Positions 46,079-57,679 of a DNA stretch of 64,000 nt are shown here, in pieces. The notes under the pieces are model-generated. The model was given only the letters and a program-made list of their open reading frames with translations, was not told the origin of the DNA and ran no database searches. The translations under genes were made by a program, and so were the position numbers. This stretch comes from Xanthobacteraceae bacterium (lineage in GTDB: Bacteria > Pseudomonadota > Alphaproteobacteria > Rhizobiales > Xanthobacteraceae): assembly GCA_009694215.1 (NCBI GenBank), contig SHVN01000001.1:32943-96942 (forward strand), given 5' to 3'. The number at the start of each line of letters is the position of its first letter. Positions within the stretch are counted from its first letter, which is position 1.

Positions 46079-49000
46079 GCGTCTCCACGCCCTTCATCCG
46101 GCGTCCGATCGCGACCTCGCTTCTGGCCTTCGCCATCATGCTGGGGGGATGGCTTGGCTACTGGTGGCTGCCGGTCTCGTCGCTGCCGCAGGTGGATTTT
46201 CCGACCATTCAGGTCACGACCCAGTTGCCGGGCGCAAGCCCGGACACCATCGCCTCGCTGGTGACGGCGCCGCTGGAGCGCCAGTTCGGCCAGATCCCAT
46301 CGCTGTCGGTGATGACGTCGTCGAGCTCGTTCGGCATCAGCCAGGTCACGCTGCAATTCAATCTCGGCCGCGATATCGACGGCGCCGCGCAGGACATCCA
46401 GGCGGCGATCAACGCTGCGGGCTCGACTTTGCCGCGCGGGCTTCCCTATCCGCCGACCTACGCCAAGGTGAACCCGGCGGATGCGCCGGTACTCACGCTC
46501 GCTCTCACGTCGCCAACAATCTCGCTGCGCAGCCTCAGCGACTTTGCCGATACGTTGATGGCGCAGCGGCTCGCCGAGGTCGGCGGCGTCGGCCGCGTCT
46601 CAATCCAGGGCGGCATCCGGCCCGCGGTGCGGATCCAGGCCGATCTCTCCCGGCTCGCCGCCTACGGTATCGGCCTGGAAGATGTCCGTCAGGCCATCGT
46701 CGGCGCCAATGTCTCGGGGGCGAAAGGCTCGCTCGACGGCGCGCACCAGTCCTACACCATCTCGGCCAACGATCAGTTGATCGGTGTTGAATCCTACAGG
46801 TCGCTGGTCGTGGCCTATCGCAACGGTGCGCCGGTGCTGCTGACCGATATCGCCCTGGTCGTCGAGGGCCTGGAGAACGAAAAGGTCGGAGCCTGGTATC
46901 AGGGCACGTCGGCCGTCGTGATCGACATTCAGCGCCAGCCCGGCGCCAACGTGATCGAGACGGTGGAGCGGGTGAAGGCCGAGCTGCCGCGGCTGCAGCG
47001 CGCCATGCCGACTGGCGTTACGCTGACCATCGTCATCGACCGCACCACCACGATCCGCGCCTCGATCCATGACGTGCAGTTCACGCTTCTGCTCAGCGTC
47101 GTGCTGGTGGTTCTGGTGGTCTTGATGTTCCTGCGCACCCTTCGCGCCACCATCATCGCCGGCGTCGCCTTGCCCTTGTCGCTGATTGCGACCTTCGGCG
47201 TGATGTGGTTCTGCGGCTTCTCGCTCGACAATCTATCGCTGATGGCGCTGACCATCGGCACCGGCTTTGTCGTGGACGACGCCATTGTCATGATCGAGAA
47301 TATCGTGCGGCACATCGAGGACGGGAAATCGCCGCTCGATGCCGCGCTGCGCGGCGCCCGCGAGATAGGCTTCACGGTGATCTCGCTGACGATGTCGCTG
47401 ATCGCCGTGTTCATCCCGCTCTTGTTCATGACCGGCCTGGTCGGCCGCATGTTCCGAGAATTCGCGCTCACGCTGACCATCGCCGTCGTGGTCTCGGCTA
47501 TCGTTTCGCTGACGCTGACGCCGATGATGTGCAGCCGACTTCTGCGCCATCGTGCGGCGAACGCCGGCAACCGCGTCGGCGCCTTCTTCAACCGGGCGCT
47601 CGACCGCACGGTCGAGATCTATGGCCGCAGCCTGGAATGGGTACTTCGCCACCAGGGCCTCACGCTTCTGGTGACTTTCGCGACACTGGTCGCCACGGTG
47701 TGGCTCTACATCGTCATACCGAAGGGATTCCTGCCGTCACAGGATACCGGGCTGATCTTCGCCGTGTCGGAAGCCGGTACCGAGGTTTCGTTCGCCCAGA
47801 TGCAGCGGCTGCAGGCCCAGGTCGAGGCGGCGATCAAGAAGGATCCCGACGTCAACGGGCTGGTCTCGATCCTCGGCGTCAGCCGGATGAACCCGACACC
47901 GAATGCGGGCCGTCTCGCCATCACGCTCCGCGCGCGCGACGAGCGCCGTTCGAGCGCCGCTGACATCGTCCAGCGCCTCAAGCGTGCGGTCGCGCCGATC
48001 CCCGGCATGACTGTTTATTTCCAGCCCGTTCAGGACATCCAGATCAGCACCCGGCCGAGTCGCGCGCAGTACCAGTACACGCTGGTCGCCGCCGACGCTG
48101 GCGAGGTGCTCGAGTGGTCCGAGAAGCTGACCAAGCGGCTTCGGCAGGATCCGCGCCTTCTCGACGTCGCCTCGGAGGCGCAGGAGGGCGGCCTGCGCAT
48201 GCAGGTCGAGGTCGACCGCGAGAAGGCTGGCCGGCTCGGCGTCTCCATGCAGGCGATCAATGACACGCTCAACGACGCCTTCGGCCAGCGGCAGATTTCC
48301 ACGATCTATTCGCAGGCCAACCAGTATCGCGTGATCCTCGAGGCGCATCCGCGTTATCAGCGGGACCCCGGTGCGCTGTCAAAGCTCTACGTCACCGGCG
48401 CCAACACCTCGACCGGCACCACGGCGGTCGTCGGCAACACCGCGGCCGGCACGACCAACACCAACACCTCGGCGACGCCCAATGCCGTCACCGGCAGCAA
48501 CCAGGTTCCGCTCGCGGCCTTCGCCCGTTTCGAGCACATCTCGGCGCCGCTTGCGCTTGCGCACCAGGAGCAGTTTCCGTCGATCACGATCAGCTTCAAT
48601 CTGCCGCCCGGCTCTGCGCTGAGCGATGCGGTCGCCGCAATCTCGCAGGCGACGCGCGTCATCGAAATGCCGTCGTCGGTGACCGGCTCTTATTCCGGCG
48701 ACTCCGCCGAATTCGACAAGTCGCTGGCCGGCCAGCCGTGGCTGATTCTCGCCGCCGCGATCACCATCTACATCGTGCTGGGCGTGCTGTACGAGAGCCT
48801 GATCCACCCGATCACCATCCTGTCCACGCTGCCGTCGGCGGGCGTCGGTGCGCTGCTTGCGCTGATGCTGCTCGGCTATGATCTCTCGGTGATCGCGCTC
48901 ATTGGCATCGTGCTGCTCATGGGTATCGTCAAGAAGAACGCGATCATGATGATCGACTTCGCGCTTGAAGCCGAGCGCGGGCGGGGCATGTCGCCGCGCG

Positions 49001-49296
49001 ACTCGATCGTGCAGGCATCGCTGCTGCGCTTCCGCCCCATCATGATGACGACGCTCGCAGCCCTGTTCGGCGCGATCCCGCTCGCGTTCGAGAGCGGCAC
49101 CGGCTCGGAGCTTCGCAACCCGCTCGGCATCACCATCATCGGCGGGCTTCTGCTGAGCCAGTTGCTTACCCTATACACCACGCCGGTGATCTACCTCGCC
49201 ATGGAACGGCTCAAGCAGCGGTGCACCCGCACCGAGCCATTCGTCGCCCCCTTGCCGCGGCCGAACCGGGACGCGCCGCGCGCCGCGGCAGAGTGA
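46075..49296 (+). CDS. mdtB: RND efflux permease, MdtB-like
   Basis: PFIRRPIATSLL, LPV..LPQVDFPTIQV.T, GFVVDDAIVMIENI, GIVKKNAIMMIDFAL, LRFRPIMMTT; first of tandem RND pair. Confidence 0.85.
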   Translation: MSVSTPFIRRPIATSLLAFAIMLGGWLGYWWLPVSSLPQVDFPTIQVTTQLPGASPDTIASLVTAPLERQFGQIPSLSVMTSSSSFGISQVTLQFNLGRDIDGAAQDIQAAINAAGSTLPRGLPYPPTYAKVNPADAPVLTLALTSPTISLRSLSDFADTLMAQRLAEVGGVGRVSIQGGIRPAVRIQADLSRLAAYGIGLEDVRQAIVGANVSGAKGSLDGAHQSYTISANDQLIGVESYRSLVVAYRNGAPVLLTDIALVVEGLENEKVGAWYQGTSAVVIDIQRQPGANVIETVERVKAELPRLQRAMPTGVTLTIVIDRTTTIRASIHDVQFTLLLSVVLVVLVVLMFLRTLRATIIAGVALPLSLIATFGVMWFCGFSLDNLSLMALTIGTGFVVDDAIVMIENIVRHIEDGKSPLDAALRGAREIGFTVISLTMSLIAVFIPLLFMTGLVGRMFREFALTLTIAVVVSAIVSLTLTPMMCSRLLRHRAANAGNRVGAFFNRALDRTVEIYGRSLEWVLRHQGLTLLVTFATLVATVWLYIVIPKGFLPSQDTGLIFAVSEAGTEVSFAQMQRLQAQVEAAIKKDPDVNGLVSILGVSRMNPTPNAGRLAITLRARDERRSSAADIVQRLKRAVAPIPGMTVYFQPVQDIQISTRPSRAQYQYTLVAADAGEVLEWSEKLTKRLRQDPRLLDVASEAQEGGLRMQVEVDREKAGRLGVSMQAINDTLNDAFGQRQISTIYSQANQYRVILEAHPRYQRDPGALSKLYVTGANTSTGTTAVVGNTAAGTTNTNTSATPNAVTGSNQVPLAAFARFEHISAPLALAHQEQFPSITISFNLPPGSALSDAVAAISQATRVIEMPSSVTGSYSGDSAEFDKSLAGQPWLILAAAITIYIVLGVLYESLIHPITILSTLPSAGVGALLALMLLGYDLSVIALIGIVLLMGIVKKNAIMMIDFALEAERGRGMSPRDSIVQASLLRFRPIMMTTLAALFGAIPLAFESGTGSELRNPLGITIIGGLLLSQLLTLYTTPVIYLAMERLKQRCTRTEPFVAPLPRPNRDAPRAAAE

Positions 49297-49301
49297 CGGC
49301 G

Positions 49302-52300
49302 ATGAACTTCTCCTATCCGTTCATCCGTCGCCCGGTCGGCACCGCGCTGCTCGCGATCGGCCTGTTTCTCACCGGCGCGGTGGCCTACGGCTTCCTGCCG
49401 GTGTCGAGCATGCCAACGGTCGAGTTCCCGACCATCCGCGTCTCGGCGAGCCGGCCCGGCGCCGACCCGAGCATCATGGCGGCGACGGTCGCGGCGCCGC
49501 TGGAGCGCCGGCTCGGCGAAATTCCCGGCGTCACCGAGATCACCTCGTCCAGCTCGCTCGGCTCGAGCAACATCACCATCCAGTTCGATATCGACCGCGG
49601 CATCGATGGCGCCGCGCGCGACGTGCAGGCGGCGCTCAACGCCGCCCTGACAGATCTGCCCGGCGATCTGCCGACGCTACCGGCCATGCGCAAGGTCAAT
49701 CCGTCGGCGGCCCCGATCATGATCCTGGCGTTGACTTCCAAGACCATGCTGGCGAGCAACATGTACGACGTCGCCGACAGCGTCATCGCCCAGCGCATCG
49801 CCCAGGTCGATGGCGTGGCCGAGGTGACCGTCAACGGCGCCGAGCAGCCGGCCATGCGCATCCGGGTCAATCCGGTCGCCGTCGCCTCGATGGGCTTGAG
49901 CCTGGAGGACGTGCGCGCCGCGGTCGCCAACGCCAATTCCACCAGCGCGCTTGGCACGTTCGACGGGCCCAATCTCGCACGCACCATCGGCAGCAACGAC
50001 CAACTCCGCACCGTGCCCGACTACAAGAACCTGGTGGTGAAGTCCGCCAACGGCACTGTGGTCCGGCTCGGCGCCATCGCCGATGTCGAGCTTGGCGTGC
50101 GCAACAGCCGCTCCGCGGCCTGGTTCAACGCCCAGCCGTCTGTGCTGCTCGTCATCACGAAGCAGGCCGGCGCCAACGTGATCGACACGGTCGATCGCAT
50201 CTACGAACTGCTGCCGGAACTCAAGCGCTGGATTCCGGCCAGCGTCGAGATCTCGGTCCTGTCCGACCGCACCACCACCATCCGGGCCAGCATCCGGGAC
50301 ATGCAGTTCACGCTTGTCGCCACCATCGCGCTGGTGATGCTGGTCGTGTTTCTCTTCCTGCGCCGCGCGGCGGCGACCGTCGCGGCCGGTGTTACGGTGC
50401 CGCTCTCGCTGGCGGGCACCTGCGCCGCGATGTGGGTCGCCGGCTTCTCGATCGACAACATCTCGCTGATGGCGCTCGCGGTGTCGGTCGGCTTCGTGGT
50501 CGACGACGCCATCGTCGTGGTCGAGAACGTCTTTCGCAATCTCGAAAAAGGCATGACGCGGCTCCGCGCCACAATCGAGGGCGCGCGCCAGATCGGCTTT
50601 ACCGTGATCTCGATCAGTGTCTCGCTGGTCGCGGCCTTCACGCCGCTGCTGTTCATGGGCGGGGTGGTCGGCCGTCTGTTCAGCGAGTTTTCGCTGACAT
50701 TGACATTCGCCATCGCCATCTCGACCGTGGTGTCGTTGTCGCTGACGCCGATGATCTGCGCGCATTTCGTGAAGGCGGCGCCGAGCCGCGACGCCACCTG
50801 GCTCGACCGCGCCGTGGAAAGCGTTCTCAACCGGGCGGTGGCGGCCTATGCCGCATCCCTCGACGTCGTGCTCCGCCATCGCTTCCTGACGCTGCTGGTG
50901 TTTGTAGCCACCATCGCGCTCACCGTCGGGCTCTACATCAAGACGCCGAAGGGCTTCTTCCCGCAGGACGACACCGGGCTGATCTTCGGCGGCACCCGTG
51001 CCGCGCCGGACATTTCATTCGAATCGATGAAGGAGCTGCAGCAGCGCGCCACCCAGATCGTGCTGTCCGACCCGGCCGTGGCCTATGTCGGGTCGTCGGT
51101 CGGTGGCGGCAGCGGCGCGGTCAACAACGGCCGGCTGTTCATCAGCCTCAAACCGCCGTCCGAGCGCGGCAACCTCACCTCGCAACAGGTCATCAACCGG
51201 TTGCGGCCCAAGCTCCTCGACGTCGGCGGCATGCGGGTGTTCATGTTTCCGGCGCAGGATATTCGCGCCGGCGGCCGGCAGTCGAGTTCGTCGTATCAGT
51301 TCACGCTCTGGGATCCCGATCTCGACGAGCTGCTCAAGCTCGTGCCGCGTGTCGTCGCCAAGGTGCAGAGCCTGCCCGAGCTGACCGATGTCACCACCGA
51401 TCGCGAGCAGAACGGTCTGCAGGCCAATGTCGTGATCGACCGGAGCGCGGCCTCGCGGCTCGGCGTGCGCATCCAGGACATCGACAACGCGCTCAACAAC
51501 GCCTTTGCGCAGCGGCAGATTTCTACCATCTATTCGGAGCGCAACCAGTACCGCGTCATCCTCGAGGTCGATGGGCTGTTCCAGCGCGATCCCTCCGACC
51601 TCACGCAAGTCTATGTCGCCGGCCAGGGCAGCACGCAGGTGCCGCTCTCCAGTGTGGCGCGCATCGAGAAGACGCTAGCGCCGCTCGTCATCAACCATCA
51701 GGGGTCGTTTCCGGCGGTGACCATCACCTACAACCTCGCGCCGAATATCCCGATCGAGGCTGCGTCCACCGCGATCGCGAAGGCGGTGGCCGAGCTGCAT
51801 CTGCCGGATACCCTGCACACCGAATTTGCCGGCGACGCGAAAGCCTACCAGCGCTCGGTCGGCGCGCAGCCTTTGGTGATCCTGGCGGCGCTGCTGGCGA
51901 TCTACATCATCCTCGGCGTGCTCTACGAGAGCCTCGCGCATCCGCTGACGATCATCTCGACCTTGCCGTCCGCTGGACTCGGGGCCCTGCTGGCGCTGCA
52001 ATTATTCGGCGCCGAGCTGACCGTGATCGCCTTCATCGGCATTATCCTGCTGATCGGCATCGTCAAGAAGAACGGCATCATGATGGTGGATTTCGCGCTC
52101 GCGGCCGAGCGCGAGGGCGGGCTCGCGCCGGCGCAGGCGATCCGCGAGGCATGCCTGGTGCGCTTCAGGCCCATCATGATGACGACGCTCGCCGCCATGC
52201 TGGGCGCGCTGCCGCTGATCGTTGCGACGGGGCCGGGCTCGGAGCTGCGGCGTCCGCTCGGCATGACCATCGTCGGCGGCCTCCTAGTGTCGCAGATCCT

Positions 52301-52424
52301 CACGCTCTACACGACGCCGGTGATCTACCTGCTGCTCGACCGGCTGCATCGACGGCTCGGCGGCCGCGGCCCGGTGCAGGTGCTGGACGAGACGCTGCGT
52401 ACGCGCAAACCGGCGACGCCTTAA
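49302..52424 (+). CDS. mdtC: RND efflux permease, MdtC-like
   Basis: Start MNFSYPFIRRPVGT; PGADP..MA.TVA.PLER.LG, PKGFFPQ.DTG, GIVKKN.IMMVDFAL; second of tandem RND pair. Confidence 0.85.
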   Translation: MNFSYPFIRRPVGTALLAIGLFLTGAVAYGFLPVSSMPTVEFPTIRVSASRPGADPSIMAATVAAPLERRLGEIPGVTEITSSSSLGSSNITIQFDIDRGIDGAARDVQAALNAALTDLPGDLPTLPAMRKVNPSAAPIMILALTSKTMLASNMYDVADSVIAQRIAQVDGVAEVTVNGAEQPAMRIRVNPVAVASMGLSLEDVRAAVANANSTSALGTFDGPNLARTIGSNDQLRTVPDYKNLVVKSANGTVVRLGAIADVELGVRNSRSAAWFNAQPSVLLVITKQAGANVIDTVDRIYELLPELKRWIPASVEISVLSDRTTTIRASIRDMQFTLVATIALVMLVVFLFLRRAAATVAAGVTVPLSLAGTCAAMWVAGFSIDNISLMALAVSVGFVVDDAIVVVENVFRNLEKGMTRLRATIEGARQIGFTVISISVSLVAAFTPLLFMGGVVGRLFSEFSLTLTFAIAISTVVSLSLTPMICAHFVKAAPSRDATWLDRAVESVLNRAVAAYAASLDVVLRHRFLTLLVFVATIALTVGLYIKTPKGFFPQDDTGLIFGGTRAAPDISFESMKELQQRATQIVLSDPAVAYVGSSVGGGSGAVNNGRLFISLKPPSERGNLTSQQVINRLRPKLLDVGGMRVFMFPAQDIRAGGRQSSSSYQFTLWDPDLDELLKLVPRVVAKVQSLPELTDVTTDREQNGLQANVVIDRSAASRLGVRIQDIDNALNNAFAQRQISTIYSERNQYRVILEVDGLFQRDPSDLTQVYVAGQGSTQVPLSSVARIEKTLAPLVINHQGSFPAVTITYNLAPNIPIEAASTAIAKAVAELHLPDTLHTEFAGDAKAYQRSVGAQPLVILAALLAIYIILGVLYESLAHPLTIISTLPSAGLGALLALQLFGAELTVIAFIGIILLIGIVKKNGIMMVDFALAAEREGGLAPAQAIREACLVRFRPIMMTTLAAMLGALPLIVATGPGSELRRPLGMTIVGGLLVSQILTLYTTPVIYLLLDRLHRRLGGRGPVQVLDETLRTRKPATP

Positions 52425-52451
52425 CTTCCAAACCTCTCCACGAACACACTG

Positions 52452-52653
52452 CCCTCTCCCCTTGTGGGAGAGGGTGCGTAGCGAATGCCAATTGGCATTC
52501 GCGTACTTTGCGTTTGACGCCCGGCGCGAAGCGCCCGGCCATGGCGGAGGTGAAGCCGAGCGAGGGCGGGTGAGGGGTCAGAGTATCAGACAGACGCCGG
52601 ACCCCTCACCCGGCTTGCTTCGCTCGCCACCCTCTCCCACAAGGGGGAGAGGG
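52452..52653. repeat. CCCTCTCCC-type palindromic repeat (family C, copy 2) with extra internal modules
   Basis: Same termini and GGGTGAGGGG/CCCCTCACCC core as 38053; carries the perfect palindrome GCGAATGCCAATTGGCATTCGC (52481-52502); between convergent genes. Confidence 0.88.
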
Positions 52654-52680
52654 TGCTGCGGCATCGTTCGTTGCAAATTC

Positions 52681-53691
52681 CTACTGGAACACCTCGTTGA
52701 AGCGCTTCTTGATGCGGGGCGCTTCCTTCTCGGTGTAGTCGTAGTCCACCGGAAGGATCTTCAGGCTCGACAGCGGCGGCGAGCCGGCCGGGGCCGCGAT
52801 GTCGCCACGCGCCGCAAAGCCTCCATCGGCGGGAAACATCTTCTGCACCTCGTCGCTGATGTTGAACTCGGCGAAAAGCTTGGCGGCATTCGGATTCGGC
52901 CCGCCCTTCACCACCGAGGTCGGCGAGGGGATGACGAACACGCCGTCGCTCGGATAGAGGGTCTTCATCGGATGGCCGGCCGCGCGATCCTCGGCGGCGT
53001 AGGAATCGAGCGCCCCGACCGCGATCAGCCGTTCGCCGCGCTTGAGCATGTCGGACGTCTGCTGATTGCCCTGCACCACCATCGTGTCGTTGGCCCGCAG
53101 CTTCTCGTAGAAGCCCCAGCCGCGTTCCTTGGACATCATCCCGACCACCGACACCAGCAGCGAGGTGAACGAGGGGTCGCCGATCACCAGCTTTCCCTTG
53201 TATTTCGGATTGGTGAGGTCGTTCCAGGTCTTCGGCTCGCCGGCCTCCGGGACCTTGTCGGAGCGCAGGTAGTTGGTCATCAGATTGAGCCGTTGCGCGA
53301 CGAAGAGGCCGTCCTTGTCCTTGGCGGCATCGGGGACCTTGTCGAAGTTCTTGGGCTTGAACGCCACGAACACGCCCTTGCGCCCCAGCATGGCCGCCGC
53401 TGCGGGATCGGAGGTGGTCAGCACGTCGGCGGCGATCCGCCCGGCGTCGAGTTCCTGCTGGAAGCGGCGCAGGATCGCCGAGCCGCCGGAGCGAAACAGT
53501 TCGACCTTGATGCCGTGCTCCTTCTCGAACATGTTGACGATCTTCTGGGCCTGCGGAAGCGGCGTCGAGGTGTACCAGACCACCTTGCCCTCGGCCTTGG
53601 CCTTGGCGACGTCGACGGCGTTCTGGGCGGACGCGGTCCCGGCGAATGCGATGAGTGCGGCTGCGGCGAGGACAATTCTGCGCTTGAGCAT
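52681..53691 (-). CDS. ABC substrate-binding protein, Fe3+/AfuA-like (SBP_bac_6)
   Basis: Start MLKRRIVL; AKAEGKVVWYTS, F.K.HGIKVE.FR, PK.W.DL..PKYKG, PNPNAAKLF. Confidence 0.88.
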   Translation of the reverse strand: MLKRRIVLAAAALIAFAGTASAQNAVDVAKAKAEGKVVWYTSTPLPQAQKIVNMFEKEHGIKVELFRSGGSAILRRFQQELDAGRIAADVLTTSDPAAAAMLGRKGVFVAFKPKNFDKVPDAAKDKDGLFVAQRLNLMTNYLRSDKVPEAGEPKTWNDLTNPKYKGKLVIGDPSFTSLLVSVVGMMSKERGWGFYEKLRANDTMVVQGNQQTSDMLKRGERLIAVGALDSYAAEDRAAGHPMKTLYPSDGVFVIPSPTSVVKGGPNPNAAKLFAEFNISDEVQKMFPADGGFAARGDIAAPAGSPPLSSLKILPVDYDYTEKEAPRIKKRFNEVFQ

Positions 53692-53716
53692 TGTGCTCTC
53701 CCTAGGCATTTCGTTT

Positions 53717-53796
53717 GTCATGCCCGGCCTTGTGCCGGGCATCCATGCCTTGCTTTGAAGGAAGGCGTGGATGGCCGGGACAAGCCCGGCCATGAC
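53717..53796. repeat. CGTC/GTCATG-type REP-like palindromic repeat (family A, copy 3), intra-operonic
   Basis: GTCATGCCCGGCCTTGTGCCGGGCATCCA...TGGATGGCCGGGACAAGCCCGGCCATGAC. Confidence 0.88.
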
Positions 53797-53805
53797 GTTG
53801 CAGCG

Positions 53806-54753
53806 TTAGTGCGTGCCGGTTTGGCCCGGCTTATACGTTGAATAGATCGGCTCCGGCTGCGTGAAGAAGCTCAGCAGGATGTGATAGGCGATCATGTAGT
53901 TCTTCTGCTGGAACGAAGCGTGCGCGATGCCCGGCATGACCGCGAAGATCTTGTCGGGATTCGGCAGCTTCTCGAAGAATTTCAGAAGATCGTCGAAACT
54001 CGCGATGCCATCGTACTCGCCCCGCATGACGATGGTCGGCGCCACGATCTTGGTCGGGTCGACCACCGGCAAGTGGTTGCACATGTCGATGTAGGTGCCG
54101 TTGGGGATCGAATTGTCGAGTTCGAGGATATGCGTGGCGAAGGCTTCGATCACGTTGTCGTCGGCCGTACCCGGATGGTCGCGCTCGAAGATCGAGCGGA
54201 CGAACTTGCGGTCGATCGGTCGGCGCTTGGTCTTGAGCAGCTCCGGCAGCTTTTTCTTTCGCTCGGCCAGCGTCGGGCTGCCTTCGCCGGTCCATACGTG
54301 CGCATCGAGTGCGAGCCGTTTGACGCGATTGGGATGCCGCTGCGCGAACAATGCCGCGCGCAGTGCACCCGACGAAATGCCGTACACCAGCAGCGGGCCG
54401 GTGTGATTGCGTGTCTTGAAGATATAATCGGTCGCGGCCTTCAGGTCGTCGGCGCCCTCGGAGATCGTGGCGTCGATGCCGCGATCCTTCGTCGAGCGGC
54501 CATAGCCCTCCATGTCCACGCTCCAGGTGTCGAAGCCCTGGCCGACGAAATAATCCATCGCGCCGGCACGGCCCGGCACCTGCAGATCGAAGGTCGGCTG
54601 CGAGGCCATCGAGGAGCCGTGAACGAACAGGATGGTGCCGCGCTCCTGGGTGTTCTGCGCCCGCCGCTTCTCCCACAGGAACAGCTTGGCGTCGCCCTTC
54701 TGGGTCCAGTGTTCGTTACCCTGGATGTGGATATTTTCGACCTGTGTCGTCAC
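53806..54753 (-). CDS. Alpha/beta fold hydrolase
   Basis: LFVHGS, DMEGYGRS, nucleophile elbow GISSG, RGEYD, PGIAH catalytic His. Confidence 0.88.
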   Translation of the reverse strand: MTTQVENIHIQGNEHWTQKGDAKLFLWEKRRAQNTQERGTILFVHGSSMASQPTFDLQVPGRAGAMDYFVGQGFDTWSVDMEGYGRSTKDRGIDATISEGADDLKAATDYIFKTRNHTGPLLVYGISSGALRAALFAQRHPNRVKRLALDAHVWTGEGSPTLAERKKKLPELLKTKRRPIDRKFVRSIFERDHPGTADDNVIEAFATHILELDNSIPNGTYIDMCNHLPVVDPTKIVAPTIVMRGEYDGIASFDDLLKFFEKLPNPDKIFAVMPGIAHASFQQKNYMIAYHILLSFFTQPEPIYSTYKPGQTGTH

Positions 54754-54780
54754 GAAAATACTCCCGTGAATGCTGGTGGA

Positions 54781-55853
<1,073 letters not shown>

Positions 55854-55854
<1 letters not shown>

Positions 55855-57587
55855 TACGACGCCAGTCCCTGTGTCGCGCCGGAGCGGCTGGCGATCCGGC
55901 CGCCGCCGAGCTTGTTGGCGACGAAGATCGCGGCGCCGATGATGATCATATTGACGATGGCGAGCGCCGCGACCGGCTCGATGTAGCCGGTCTCATAGAG
56001 GTTATAGACCGCGACCGCGAGCGTGATCGAACTCGACGAGAATAAGAGGATCGAGGCCGAAAGCTCCTGAATCACCGGCACGAACACCAGGAGCCAGCCG
56101 GCGAACAGGCCGGGCCGGATCAGCGGCAGGGTCACTTCTCGCATGGTGGTCAGCCAGGAGGCGCCGAGAATCTGCGCGCTTTCCTCCAGGGCCGGGTCGA
56201 TCTGGCGGAGCGACGAATTCGCCGCGCGGACGCCGAGCGGGATATAGCGGCCGACATAGGCCAGCAGCAGGATCGCCAGCGTGCCGTAGAGGGCGAGCGG
56301 CATCGCCAGCCAGAACTGGATGAGCGCGACGGCCACGACGATGCCCGGCAGTCCAAGCGGGATCAGCGCGAAATAATCGAGCAGCTTGCGGCCGGGCAAT
56401 CGTGTTCGCAGATCGATCCAGCCGATGATCGCGCCGAGCAGCACCGCGATGGTGGCGGCGACCGTGGCCAAACCCAGGCTGTTCAGGATTGCTCGCTGCG
56501 TAACATTGTACTCGAACAGGATGAACTTGTAGTTCTGCAGCGTCAGCCCCTTCCAGAAGTCGAGGCCCCAGGACTTTGAGAACGACACCGCGATCAGGGT
56601 CGAATAGGGCAGAACAATCGCTACTACGAACGTGAGCACCACGAATCCGAACACCAGCCAGCGGGCCGGGCCGAGACTCATCAACTGCGGCCGGGCGCCT
56701 TTTCCGCCCAGCGTCACATAGGACCGCCGCGCCAGGAACGCGCGCTGAAGATAGAGAGCAACGACCGTAATGACCACGAACAGCAGTGAGAGCGCCGAAG
56801 CAAGGCCGTACTCCGGCGGATAGTCGAACAGGGCGTAGATGCGCGTGGGCAGCGTGACGATCCGGCCAGGAAGGCCGATGATCGCCTGCGAACCAAACAG
56901 AGAAATGGCGTTCACGAAAGCGAGCAATGTTCCGGACAGAATAGCCGGCGCCACCAGCGGAGCGGTCACGCTCAACGCCGTTCGCAGCTTGCTCGCACCG
57001 AGAATCTGCGCTGCTTCCTCATACGACGCATCGACCGACAATAGCGCGCTGGAGGCGAGCAGATAGACGAACGGGAAGGTGTGCAGCACGGTGACCAGGA
57101 CGAGCCCGGCCATCGAGAACACGTTGAAGGTGAGGAACGGCAATCCCAGAACGTCGCGCACGAGGACGTTGATCAGGCCGGCGTTCGGGCTGAACAGATA
57201 GACGAAAGCGATGGCGGTGAGGAACGGCGGCGAGAGATAGGATAGGCTCGCGGTCACCTGGATGAGCCCCTTGCCGGGCACGTCGGTGCGGCTCACCGCC
57301 CAGGCGAGCGAAACACCGATGATCAGGCTGAACAAGCCGGTCCAGGCGCCGAGGATGAGCGAGTTCTTCAGCGCGTTCACATAGAGCCGATTGCTGAGAA
57401 CTTCGGTGAAATTTTCGAGACTCATGCCTTGTTCGCCGCGAACGCTGCCGAGCAGGAGCGTGAGCAGCGGCAGCACAACCAGCACGATCAGGCACAGGAT
57501 CGCCCCGCCCATCACGAAATGCTCGAACCGGAGCCGCGTGCGCGGACCCCTGACCCGGATTGGGGGGCCTATGGCCTGAACCGACAT
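55854..57587 (-). CDS. ABC transporter permease, FbpB-like (two fused TM modules)
   Basis: Two EAA loops (YEEAAQILGA, LEESAQILGA); about 12 TM helices. Confidence 0.92.
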
Positions 57588-57679
57588 TCCTCCCACCTTT
57601 TTGTTCCACCGTTACGCTTTAAGATCGAAGATTTAGTGTGTAATGTCAAAAACTTATGACGCAAGGACAGGGAGGCGTT

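Noticed and set aside
8496-53796. Repeats as a CRISPR array or attC cassette array
   Set aside because: Dispersed single copies; no regular repeat-spacer period; no cas or integrase gene.
52462-53841. ORFs reading through repeats (52462-53841; 53793 start for the SBP)
   Set aside because: They translate palindromic repeat sequence; the SBP signal peptide begins at 53691.
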